DNA of 32,875 nucleotides from Candidatus Woesearchaeota archaeon (lineage in GTDB: Archaea > Nanobdellota > Nanobdellia > Woesearchaeales > DSVV01), in contig JACQSP010000031.1 of the NCBI GenBank assembly GCA_016205905.1, positions 1 through 32,875 on the forward strand, read 5' to 3'. The notes below the pieces were generated by a model. That model was given only the letters and a program-made list of their open reading frames with translations, was not told where the DNA came from and did no database searches. The position numbers and the translations under genes were made by a program. Of the stretch, positions 8,038 to 16,286 are shown one piece after another (the first letter of the stretch is position 1; each line of letters opens with the position of its first letter).

Positions 8038-9096
8038 ATGCATGAGAAGAAAGAGCAGGTTCATGCAACACAGAAAGAGGAAAGGTTAAACTTAAACGGG
8101 ATTCCTGAAACAAAATGCCTTTATTTTGACGACTGGAAATTAACTAAATTTAAGGGAAAAGTTCTGAAAGTAATTGACAACAAAGTTATTCTTGACCAGA
8201 CTGCATTTTATCCGACATCTGGCGGCCAATTGCATGATACAGGAACATTGCAAAATGAACAAGTGATAGATATATTTAAGCAGGGCAATGTAATTGTGCA
8301 TGTTTTAGAAACCAAACATGAATTTCCAGTTGGAGAATCATTGGCAGGGGAGATTGACTTAAACAGAAGACAGCAACTAGCACAGCATCATACTGCAACA
8401 CATATTATTAATGCTGCTGCCCGAAGAATTCTTGGAAAACATATTAATCAGGCTGGCGCAAAGAAAACACCTGAAAAAGCGCATATTGACATCACACATT
8501 ATAATTCTTTAAACAATGAAGAAATAAAAAAAATCGAAGACGAAGCAAACAAAATAGTTAATGAAGATATTGAAGTAAGAAAAAAGTTTTATTCTAGAGA
8601 TGAAGCAGAAAAGAAGTTTGGAATGAGCATTTATCAGGGTGGTGCTGTGCCTGGAAACAGATTAAGGATAGTAGAGATTCCAGAAGTGGATGTAGAAGCA
8701 TGCGGAGGCACACATTTAAACTCAACCAAAGAAACAGGAGAAATAAAAATCCTAAAAGCTTCAAAAATACAGGATGGCATTGTAAGGATAGAATTTACTG
8801 CAGGAAAAGCAGCAAAGAAAGAAGAGCATTGTCAGGAAGCATTATTAAGCGAACTTTGCAGGGAATTATATTGTAAAGATATTAAATTAATTCCTTCAAG
8901 AGCAGAAGAGTTGTTTGGCTTGTGGAAAGACGTTGTAAAAAAGAAAAAACAGGTTGATAAAAAACTATTGACATCAACAAAAGAAGTCAATGGTTCATGC
9001 GATGACCTCCTCGCAAAAACCTGCGAAGTTCTCAGAACACAGCCAGAGCATTTAACCAAAACAATAAGAAGGTTTAAGAAAGAGATTGGGATGTGA
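8038..9096 (+). CDS. alaS: Alanine--tRNA ligase, C-terminal segment (editing domain); AlaRS homology already begins at 7852 in the same frame
   Basis: Same reading frame as 6583..7851. Editing-domain motifs HHTATHIINAAARR and CGGTHL. Codons 7852-8037 (…NLLELYDTQGISPELI…VPDNFYAKIAEM) are AlaRS-like but contain no ATG/GTG/TTG. Confidence 0.85.
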   Translation: MHEKKEQVHATQKEERLNLNGIPETKCLYFDDWKLTKFKGKVLKVIDNKVILDQTAFYPTSGGQLHDTGTLQNEQVIDIFKQGNVIVHVLETKHEFPVGESLAGEIDLNRRQQLAQHHTATHIINAAARRILGKHINQAGAKKTPEKAHIDITHYNSLNNEEIKKIEDEANKIVNEDIEVRKKFYSRDEAEKKFGMSIYQGGAVPGNRLRIVEIPEVDVEACGGTHLNSTKETGEIKILKASKIQDGIVRIEFTAGKAAKKEEHCQEALLSELCRELYCKDIKLIPSRAEELFGLWKDVVKKKKQVDKKLLTSTKEVNGSCDDLLAKTCEVLRTQPEHLTKTIRRFKKEIGM

Positions 9097-9152
9097 AAAT
9101 TAGATGATTGTATGATTAAACCCCCTAATTATATTTTTAGAAAAATATTAAG

Positions 9153-9620
9153 ATGATAATTGAAACAAACGTCACTAAACTATTAGATTCAAAAGGAATT
9201 AAATATAAACTTCTTCCTCATACCAAACCTGTTTTTACTTGTGAAGAGGCTGCTAAAGAAAGGAATGTCCCTGTTGATGAAATGATTAAATGTATTCTTT
9301 TAGTAGATAAAGAGAAAAAATATTATTTGGCGTGCTTAACATCTGATAAAAAGTTAAATCCACAAAAAGTAAGAGAATTAGTAGGATGTTCAAGATTAAG
9401 TTTTGCGCCAAAAAATGATATTGAAGAGGTATTAGGATATCAATTAGGCGCAATCCCGCCATTGTTATTAAAAACAACAATTCCTATTCTCTTTGATAAG
9501 ATTATTCAAAAAAAAGAAAAAGTAAACATTAGCTCTGGCAACCCATTAGCAGGTATAGAATTAGATTCAAAAACCCTGATTAACTTAATAGAACCATTTA
9601 TTGGGGATATAAGCGATTAA
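9153..9620 (+). CDS. YbaK/ProX-type aminoacyl-tRNA trans-editing deacylase
   Basis: Pattern typical of the YbaK/EbsC family: MIKCILLVDKEKKYYLACLTSDKKLNPQKVRELVG...VLGYQLGAIPP...ISSGNPLAGIEL. Confidence 0.75.
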   Translation: MIIETNVTKLLDSKGIKYKLLPHTKPVFTCEEAAKERNVPVDEMIKCILLVDKEKKYYLACLTSDKKLNPQKVRELVGCSRLSFAPKNDIEEVLGYQLGAIPPLLLKTTIPILFDKIIQKKEKVNISSGNPLAGIELDSKTLINLIEPFIGDISD

Positions 9621-9757
9621 TTCTCTTACACTCCATTTTTCAGAGATGCATTCTTTTTCATAAAAGTTTCTTTCTAAATCTTCATCTATCTCTAGTAGCT
9701 CCGTATAATGACTCCATGTTAATTGGTCAGACAGTGTCTGCAATTTCTGTACCAACT
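9621..9757 (-). pseudogene. Fragment of a DUF1016 (YhcG-like PD-(D/E)XK nuclease) gene
   Basis: Translates to ...QTLSDQLTWSHYTELLEIDEDLERNFYEKECISEKWSVREL. 9630-9740 is a ~111-bp near-identical direct repeat of 10744-10854. It lacks both the N-terminal and the nuclease parts and abuts or overlaps the end of the YbaK-like gene. Confidence 0.7.
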
Positions 9758-9908
9758 GTAAGTAAAAAGTCTGCCTCAAATTTGTCAGCTTTGCTTTTAT
9801 GTCTCATTAGACATGAAGGGTAGCGAAAACCTATGATAAACTTTGCTATTTTGCAGTGTATTATTTTGCGGGTTTTCGCCAAAGCTGACTGGCAGACTTT
9901 TTACTTAC
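9758..9908. repeat. 151-bp rod-like palindromic element
   Basis: 18-bp perfect termini GTAAGTAAAAAGTCTGCC (9758-9775) / GGCAGACTTTTTACTTAC (9891-9908). Inner pairs are GTCAGCTTTG/CAAAGCTGAC and CGAAAACC/GGTTTTCG. Confidence 0.7.
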
Positions 9909-9949
9909 CTAGTTTTAAAGCAAAGCTACTTGCTCATAGGAAGCCCAAT

Positions 9950-10462
9950 TTACTCTTTCCCAATCAATTTCTGTACTTTTTGGTAAACATGGTCAGGATT
10001 ATTTAGATATTGAAGAGCAATCCCGCCACCTGCTTGAGATGAATAACCACCATAATTAGCAGCGCCCATATGTCCAGCTGTGATTAATCTAATTGTTCCA
10101 GTGCCAAAAAGCCTGTCCCATATACTTTTAGTAAGAACACAATCAGTTACCTTGTCATATTGCACAGTTCTTTGCACGATATTAAGAAAACCTTCAAAAA
10201 ACTCTGCTTTTTTCTGATAAAAAAGGTAACGCCTGGCATTCAGATTCATCAATCGGAAAAAGATTATTACAATTGCCAGAATCATTGCAGTAACAATTCC
10301 AAAAACAAAACTATAAGCAATTAATTTATTAAGAATTGTCCAAACAAAAAATCCAATAAATATTCCTGCTATTAAAGCGCCAACTATTACTGGAATTATT
10401 GCCACAGATATATTTGGCCTTAATATAAAAAGTGGGTTTTCTTTATTTGTCTCTTGTTTCAT
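9950..10462 (-). CDS. Membrane protein with two N-terminal TM helices and a bacterial-PH (bPH_2/YdbT-like) domain
   Basis: GGTGA SD. Hydrophobic stretches VAIIPVIVGALIAGIFIGFFVW and FVFGIVTAMILAIVIIFF. YLFYQKKAEFFEG...VQYDKVTDCVLTKSIWDRLFGTGTIRLITAG matches the bPH_2 pattern. Confidence 0.65.
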   Translation of the reverse strand: MKQETNKENPLFILRPNISVAIIPVIVGALIAGIFIGFFVWTILNKLIAYSFVFGIVTAMILAIVIIFFRLMNLNARRYLFYQKKAEFFEGFLNIVQRTVQYDKVTDCVLTKSIWDRLFGTGTIRLITAGHMGAANYGGYSSQAGGGIALQYLNNPDHVYQKVQKLIGKE

Positions 10463-10509
10463 TTTGAATCACCAATGCATATAAATGCTTAATGATTTAT
10501 ATATTTTAT

Positions 10510-10692
10510 TGTAAAATAGGCTCTGTCCCGAATGGAGGTTAGCAGCATAAAGGTCAAATCCTTTTCATATTACTTGTGAGCTGACAAGGGGGACTTGCCC
10601 CCTACGGGGAACGTCAGCATTAACCTTACACAGCGAGGATTTGAAGCTGCTAACCCGAACGAAGTGAGATTTGGGACAGAGCCTGTAAAATA
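10510..10692. mobile_element. MITE-like palindromic element (165 bp) with 11-bp terminal inverted repeats and a 9-bp direct flanking duplication
   Basis: TIRs GGCTCTGTCCC (10519-10529) / GGGACAGAGCC (10673-10683). Inner pairs are GGTTAGCAGC/GCTGCTAACC, CAAATCC/GGATTTG and GCTGAC/GTCAGC, with a central GGGGG-ACTTG-CCCCC. Flanked by identical TGTAAAATA at 10510-10518 and 10684-10692. Confidence 0.65.
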
Positions 10693-10728
10693 TGTTGAAA
10701 TTTAAGCTATTTATTTTTTTAAGAATTA

Positions 10729-11163
10729 TCAACTAATTCCTTTACTCCATTTTTCAGAGATGCATTCTTTTTCATAAAAGTTTCTTTCTAAATCTTCATC
10801 TATCTCTAACAGTTCTACATAATGACTCCATGTTAATTGGTCAGACAGTGTCTGACTTTTCTGATATTTCAAATAAAATATTCTCATATATATGACATTG
10901 CTTCTGCTGAATCCCTTTCCATATCTATTCTTTAAATCAAATGCAATTCTTTCAAATAGCTTACTTCCATATCCTACATTTTCACCTACTCTTTGTTCAT
11001 ATTCAACAATCTGCTTGCCAATCTCCCAGTATGTGTTCACAAGAATTGTATTGACAGCATAAATTGCTTTTGTTCTGCCTAATTCTAATATTCTACCTAT
11101 TTTAAGGATTAAATGTTGATAATTTCTTTTGTCTGTTTTTTTGTGTAGTTTAATTAGTTTCAT
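10729..11163 (-). CDS. DUF1016 N-terminal-domain protein (truncated YhcG-like gene; nuclease domain missing)
   Basis: AIYAVNTILVNTYWEIGKQIVEYEQ...YGSKLFERIAFDLKNRYGKGFSRSNVIYMRIFYLKY...LTWSHYVELLEI matches the DUF1016 N-terminal domain. The ORF stops right after EKWS, where full-length homologs continue (VRELERQI... and the PD-(D/E)XK domain). Confidence 0.7.
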   Translation of the reverse strand: MKLIKLHKKTDKRNYQHLILKIGRILELGRTKAIYAVNTILVNTYWEIGKQIVEYEQRVGENVGYGSKLFERIAFDLKNRYGKGFSRSNVIYMRIFYLKYQKSQTLSDQLTWSHYVELLEIDEDLERNFYEKECISEKWSKGIS

Positions 11164-11374
11164 TTTATTTATCCTATTGATTCTATTATTCTCCGTAAAT
11201 CTTCCGTAATTCTTATTTTTCCAGTTGAATTCAAATTTATGATAAAGTGAAACAGATTAATAAAAGTTCACACACAAAAACCGAAAATTTTCCGACGAGA
11301 AATGAATTATCCAATCGTCCAAAGAAGCAGGGTAAAATTAGGCAAATCTACTGTTTTATAGCAAATCATAACAA

Positions 11375-14062
11375 TCAAGACAGAGGTTGTGGTGTCTGCT
11401 TTATCTCAATCCCAATCTTAATATTCTCATTAATTATAATATCTGCATTGCCTTCAAACTCAATAGTATCTGCCTTGCATACAGCAAGAAGATCTTCTTT
11501 TACAAATTCTACTTCCTTTCTTGTTTTTTCGTCGCAGATGATAATTAATTTGCTTAACTCTGCTTTCAAACTTAGTTTTTTCTCTGACTTATATTTTCTG
11601 ACACCAGCAAGCACAGCTACAAATTTATCGCCAATCTCTTCTGCAAATTCATCAACAAATTGTTCATTATACACAGGCCATTGTGAAATATGAATGCTTT
11701 TAACACCTTCTTTTTTTTGCCAGTATAACTGATAAACAGCTTCGGTGATATGCGGCATTATTGGAGCGCTTAATTTCAGTAAATTAAGATACACATGATA
11801 CAAAGTAAACTGTGCAGAAACCCTTTTTTCCTTTCCGTTAGGGCCTCGCTTATCAGGATTATATAATCTGTCCTTGACAATCTCTAAATAATTATCGCAC
11901 AATTCATGCCAGAAGAATTTTTCTGTTTCAATCTTTGCTTTAGAGTATTCATAACATTCAAAACTTTCTGTAGAATGTTTGATTAATTTATGCAGTTTTG
12001 ATAATATCCATTTATCCATTAATTCTAGATTCATTAATTCCATATTTGTTAAGCCTAACATTCCACCATGTAGATGCTCATTATTGTAATCTTGAAGGTG
12101 CATGATTGCAAATTTAGAGGCATTCCATAATTTAGTTACCATTTTTTTGCCTGTAACCAAATCCTTCTCTTGGTATGGCAGATCTTCGCCGAGTTTCGAG
12201 CCAGCTGCCCAAAATCTTAAACAGTCTGCGCCATAAGCATCAAGCACAGGCCTTGGCTCAACAGTATTGCCTAAACTTTTTGACATCTTTTTACCGTGAG
12301 GATCAAGCGCCCATCCGCTTATCATTACATTCTTCCAAGGAAAAATATTATCTTGCAAATGAGCTTTTACAACTGTGTTAAAGAGCCAGAAAGTAATAAT
12401 ATCATGCGCTTGCGGCCTTAAACTCATAGGATACATTTGATTATACAATTTACTATAACAAGGCTTGCCTTTCATTAATTCAATTGCAAGATGTGGTGTT
12501 AAAGATGATGTTGCCCATGTATCAAGAACATCTTTTTCTGGAACAACCTCCTTAAAGCCGCATTTTGCACATACTGCTTCTTTTCCGTTCTTTCCAGCCG
12601 GCTTATCAACAATCGGATCAACAGGCAGTTGTTTCTCGTCTGCAACAATAACAGATTCGCATTTCTTGCAGTACCATACTGGGAAAGGGACACCAAAATG
12701 CCTCTGCCTTGAAATGCACCAATCCCATTGCAGGCCATCTATCCAATTATCAAATCTGTGCCTCATAAAATTAGGATACCAAGTAATTTCCTGCCCTCTT
12801 TTAAGGAATTCTTCTTTTAAGTCAAGATATTTAATAAACCACTGTTTAGAATTAAGTATCTCTACTTCTGTGCTGCATTTGTCGTGGACATTGACCATGT
12901 GTGTGATGGGCTTTTCCTTTATTAGCAAACCTGCTTCTTTGAGGTCATTGATAATTTGTTCTCTAGCTTCTTTAATTTTAAGGCCTTTATACCTTCCGGC
13001 AATTTCTGTCATAAACCCGCCTTGGGTGATAGAAATTTTCAACTGCAGATTATGCGCTTTATACCATTCAATATCTGTTTGATCTCCGAAAGTGCAGCAC
13101 ATAACAATACCTGTGCCTTTTTCAGGATTTGCCCTTTCATCTGCCAAGATAGAAACAGAATGATTGAATAAAGGCACTCTTGCTTTTTTGCCAATGAATT
13201 TAGTGTAACGCTCGTCAGAAGGATGCGCAAACACTCCAACACAGCTGCCCAACATTTCTGGCCTTGTTGTAGCAATGACTAAGTCTTCAGATGTTTTATT
13301 TTTGCCTTCGCCTGTTTCAACTTTAAATATAATATCAACGAATTTGCTTGGCTTTTCTTTGTCAACCAGCTCAACCTGTGCTATAGCAGTTTGGCAATGA
13401 GGACACCAAATTGTCGGAGCCTCTTTTTGATATTCCCGCCCTGCTTTATATAGGTCAATAAAACTTTTCTGCGACAATTTTCTGCAATGCTCATTGATTG
13501 TGCTGTAATATATATTCCAATCACAGCTCATGCCGATTCTTTTCCAGTCACTTATGAAATCCTCTCTTATTCTCTCAAGTGTTGCAAGGCATAATTTAAT
13601 ATACTCTGTTCTGTCCATGTGGCTGGAACGCACATTGTTTATCTTTTCAACCAGTCTGTCAGTCGGCAAGCCATTATCATCTGTACCAAACGGATAAAAC
13701 ACATTCTTGCCTAACATTCTTTGGAATCTTACAACAAAGTCCTGTTGAGAATAGCTGAAAGCATGTCCTATATGCATATTGCCAGAAATAGTTGGAGGTG
13801 GTGTGTCAATAGAATAAATTTCCCGTTTAGTATCATTAGTATCAAACTTATAGATGCCCTCTTTTAGCCAGAATTTCTGCCATTTAGGCTCATCTGTCTT
13901 GAAGTTGTAGTCTTGTGGTCCTTGTTTATTTTCATTGGTCCCACTGCTTTGTTCCCTTCTTTTTTTGTGGGGTTTATCTGCAGATATATCTGATTTATTT
14001 AATTTATTGTTTATACCTTCAACTGTTTTTGTGTCTTTAGTATTTGCCTTAGCTTTACCCAT
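11375..14062 (-). CDS. valS: Valine--tRNA ligase
   Basis: Class I motifs PPPTISGNMHIGHAFSY (HIGH) and KMSKSLGN (KMSKS), plus archaeal ValRS-like FGTDDNGLPT and WCISRQRHFGVPFPVWYC. Start placed at the MGKAKANT... ATG (14062-14060); the ORF extends to 14134, so the start is uncertain by 24 codons. Confidence 0.9.
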   Translation of the reverse strand: MGKAKANTKDTKTVEGINNKLNKSDISADKPHKKRREQSSGTNENKQGPQDYNFKTDEPKWQKFWLKEGIYKFDTNDTKREIYSIDTPPPTISGNMHIGHAFSYSQQDFVVRFQRMLGKNVFYPFGTDDNGLPTDRLVEKINNVRSSHMDRTEYIKLCLATLERIREDFISDWKRIGMSCDWNIYYSTINEHCRKLSQKSFIDLYKAGREYQKEAPTIWCPHCQTAIAQVELVDKEKPSKFVDIIFKVETGEGKNKTSEDLVIATTRPEMLGSCVGVFAHPSDERYTKFIGKKARVPLFNHSVSILADERANPEKGTGIVMCCTFGDQTDIEWYKAHNLQLKISITQGGFMTEIAGRYKGLKIKEAREQIINDLKEAGLLIKEKPITHMVNVHDKCSTEVEILNSKQWFIKYLDLKEEFLKRGQEITWYPNFMRHRFDNWIDGLQWDWCISRQRHFGVPFPVWYCKKCESVIVADEKQLPVDPIVDKPAGKNGKEAVCAKCGFKEVVPEKDVLDTWATSSLTPHLAIELMKGKPCYSKLYNQMYPMSLRPQAHDIITFWLFNTVVKAHLQDNIFPWKNVMISGWALDPHGKKMSKSLGNTVEPRPVLDAYGADCLRFWAAGSKLGEDLPYQEKDLVTGKKMVTKLWNASKFAIMHLQDYNNEHLHGGMLGLTNMELMNLELMDKWILSKLHKLIKHSTESFECYEYSKAKIETEKFFWHELCDNYLEIVKDRLYNPDKRGPNGKEKRVSAQFTLYHVYLNLLKLSAPIMPHITEAVYQLYWQKKEGVKSIHISQWPVYNEQFVDEFAEEIGDKFVAVLAGVRKYKSEKKLSLKAELSKLIIICDEKTRKEVEFVKEDLLAVCKADTIEFEGNADIIINENIKIGIEIKQTPQPLS

Positions 14063-14142
14063 AACTGTATAGAAATAAGGTAAATCTTTATAAATATTAT
14101 TGATTTTTAGTAAACGGCATAAATAATTGGACAATATTTGTG

Positions 14143-14290
14143 GTAAGCGGTATAAGATAAGAAGTAAGAGGATTAAATAGTTTAGTTAAAAGTTAGAGGT
14201 AGGAGGTAAGAGGGAACAACTACGATGATAACATCGTACCTCTTACCTCATACCTTTTACCTCCTACTATTAACTCCTCTTACCTTTTAC
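14143..14290. repeat. Rod palindrome of the GGTAAGAGG type in the valS/rfcL divergent intergenic region
   Basis: Imperfect arms ...AAGAGGATTAAATAG...GTTAGAGGTAGGAGGTAAGAGG / CCTCTTACCTCATACC...CTATTAACTCCTCTT. Central mini-hairpin TACGATG-ATAA-CATCGTA. The 15-mer GATGATAACATCGTA (14224-14238) recurs at 23110-23124. Confidence 0.6.
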
Positions 14291-14308
14291 ATTTAATTTT
14301 TCAGCAAA

Positions 14309-14319
14309 CTTAATAAATT
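14309..14319 (+). promoter_or_regulatory. TATA-box candidate for rfcL (leaderless)
   Basis: CTTAATAAATT centred about 26 nt upstream of the ATG at 14340. Confidence 0.35.
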
Positions 14320-14339
14320 CAGGCAATTTCTGCGTTTGT

Positions 14340-15572
14340 ATGAGCAGCATAAACAGGCAGGAATTTGTACCATGGATACGCAAATATCAGCCGACCTCAA
14401 CAAAAGATGTAGTTGGACAGGATACTTCTATTAATGCTATAAGAGATTTTATAAAAAATTTCAAGACCCAAAGAAAAAAAGCAATTCTTATCTATGGCTC
14501 AAGCGGTGTTGGCAAAACAAGTTCTGTATATGCATTGGCAAATGAGTTAAATTTAGAAATTATTGAAGTGAATGCAAGTGATTTCAGGAATGCACAGCTG
14601 ATAAATCAGACAATCGGCCAAGCATCGAAACAAATGAGTTTGTTCATGAAACAAAAGGTTATTCTTGTTGACGAGGTTGATGGATTGTCTGGAACACAGG
14701 ACAGAGGCGGTATTCAGGCGATAATAAGTATAATAGAAAGTACTTCATTTCCAATAATATGCACAGCAACTAATCCTTATGACCAGAAATTAAGTTCTTT
14801 GAGGAACAAATGCGAGGTTGTTGAATTCAGCTCATTAAATTATCTTACTGTTTACGAAAAGCTCAGTGATATCTGCAAAAAAGAAGGCATTAAATTTCAG
14901 GAGCATGATCTTAAGTCCCTTGCCAGAAGAGGAGATGGAGATTTAAGGGCTGCAATTAATGACCTTCAAGGCCTTGTGCAAAATAAGAAAGAACTGGAAA
15001 GAGCAGATCTTGAGCAATTAAGCGAACGAGATAAAAAAGAGAGTATAATAGATGCGCTTGTAAGAATATTTAAGATAAAAGATCCAAAAATAGCGTCAAT
15101 GGCATTTAACAATGTTGAAGAAGAAACAGACCAGTTATTTTTATGGGTTGACGAAAACCTGCCAAAAGAATATACTAAGCCAGATGACCTTGTAAGAGCA
15201 TATAATATGTTAAGCAGAGCAGATGTTTTCAGGGGTCGAATATCAAGATGGCAGCATTGGAGATTTTTAGTGTACATTAATGATCTGCTGACAGCAGGAA
15301 TTGCAGTATCAAAGGACGAGAAAAATAAAGAATTTGTAAGTTATTGCCAGACACAAAGGCTGTTAAAAATATGGAGAGCCAACATGAAATACCAGCAGAG
15401 AAAAGCTATTGCTGAGAAGATTGCTGCAAAAACACACACTTCTGTAAAGGATACTATAAAAAGTACATTTCCTTATGTTCAGTTCATGATGAAGAAAAGC
15501 AAAGGACACAGAAAGCAGATTACAGAGTTCTTTGAGCTTGATAAAGAAGAAGCTGAGTGGATGATTGGGTAG
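14340..15572 (+). CDS. rfcL: Replication factor C large subunit
   Basis: PWIRKYQPTSTKDVVGQ, Walker A YGSSGVGKTSS, Walker B ILVDEVDG, and a sensor region ICTATNPY; archaeal clamp-loader architecture. Confidence 0.85.
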   Translation: MSSINRQEFVPWIRKYQPTSTKDVVGQDTSINAIRDFIKNFKTQRKKAILIYGSSGVGKTSSVYALANELNLEIIEVNASDFRNAQLINQTIGQASKQMSLFMKQKVILVDEVDGLSGTQDRGGIQAIISIIESTSFPIICTATNPYDQKLSSLRNKCEVVEFSSLNYLTVYEKLSDICKKEGIKFQEHDLKSLARRGDGDLRAAINDLQGLVQNKKELERADLEQLSERDKKESIIDALVRIFKIKDPKIASMAFNNVEEETDQLFLWVDENLPKEYTKPDDLVRAYNMLSRADVFRGRISRWQHWRFLVYINDLLTAGIAVSKDEKNKEFVSYCQTQRLLKIWRANMKYQQRKAIAEKIAAKTHTSVKDTIKSTFPYVQFMMKKSKGHRKQITEFFELDKEEAEWMIG

Positions 15573-15721
15573 AATGTTTCACACTTTTTCTTATGAAAGA
15601 TTATAGTAATTAACATTTCTTGGTTTTTTTGTAAAGTAGTTTACAAAAGGTTAATATTCTTGGTATGCTTAATAAGATTATAATGTTCAATTATCTTAAT
15701 TAAAATTAGAAAGGTGAAAAC

Positions 15722-16051
15722 ATGAGTGGAACAGAACTAGAAGATGGTTATTTTGGAGTTAGTGAAAGACGAGAAGGTAGACCATTAGTAGGAGAATTTA
15801 ATTATGACAGCGCTCCAGAACGTGGTGGAGAAGTTCCAACACAAGATTTAGTAGAGGTAGGTATTCTTCTTCATATCCAAAGAAGCGTTACACGAGAATA
15901 CACTCACAGAATGTATATAGCCGTAGATTTGTTAAATCAAGGAAAAATTGCACTTTCACAATTAAATTTGAGAACAGGTGAAGTAGATATGTTAGAGCAA
16001 AGAGTAACTGATAATTATTATTTGAATAATGTTGTCAGAAGCAGAGAATAG
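15722..16051 (+). CDS. Hypothetical protein (109 aa), paralog of the N-terminal module of 19444..20523
   Basis: AAGGTGA SD 6 nt upstream of ATG. Shares EDGYFG, ERGGEVPTQDL, VTREYxHRM and VDLLN blocks with the 359-aa protein. Confidence 0.6.
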   Translation: MSGTELEDGYFGVSERREGRPLVGEFNYDSAPERGGEVPTQDLVEVGILLHIQRSVTREYTHRMYIAVDLLNQGKIALSQLNLRTGEVDMLEQRVTDNYYLNNVVRSRE

Positions 16052-16112
16052 GTAATATTGATTCATAATAATTTTTAGAGTGTATTACTTAGAAAAGGCT
16101 GAATGTTGTAAT

Positions 16113-16134
16113 CTTCAAATTGCAGATTGTTGGC
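16113..16134. repeat. Left copy of an imperfect inverted repeat bracketing the 16.1-20.6 kb block
   Basis: CTTCAAATTGCAGATTGTTGGC, followed by AGGTTTTTT. Partner at 20529-20555. Confidence 0.45.
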
Positions 16135-16286
16135 AGGTTTTTTATTTGTGTTCTTTATTATATTAAGACGTTTGTTGAAGATTCTCTGTGATGATTTGAG
16201 ATTTGGTGGAACACAACTAAAATGATAATACTCTTCATAACTAAAACTATAAGAGGTTTGTGGTCTGCTATACTATAAAATCGTGT

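Noticed and set aside
10519-10683. tRNA, SRP RNA or another classical structured RNA gene in the GC-rich palindromes (also 9758-9908, 14143-14290)
   Set aside because: They fold as simple long rods. There is no cloverleaf, T-loop or anticodon arrangement and no conserved SRP or RNase P motifs. One has a TSD typical of a mobile element.
16188-16244. C/D-box sRNA candidate (GTGATGA at 16188-16194, AATGATA at 16221-16227)
   Set aside because: There is no proper D or D' box (CTGA) at the expected spacing and no terminal stem. The match is easily explained by AT-rich background.
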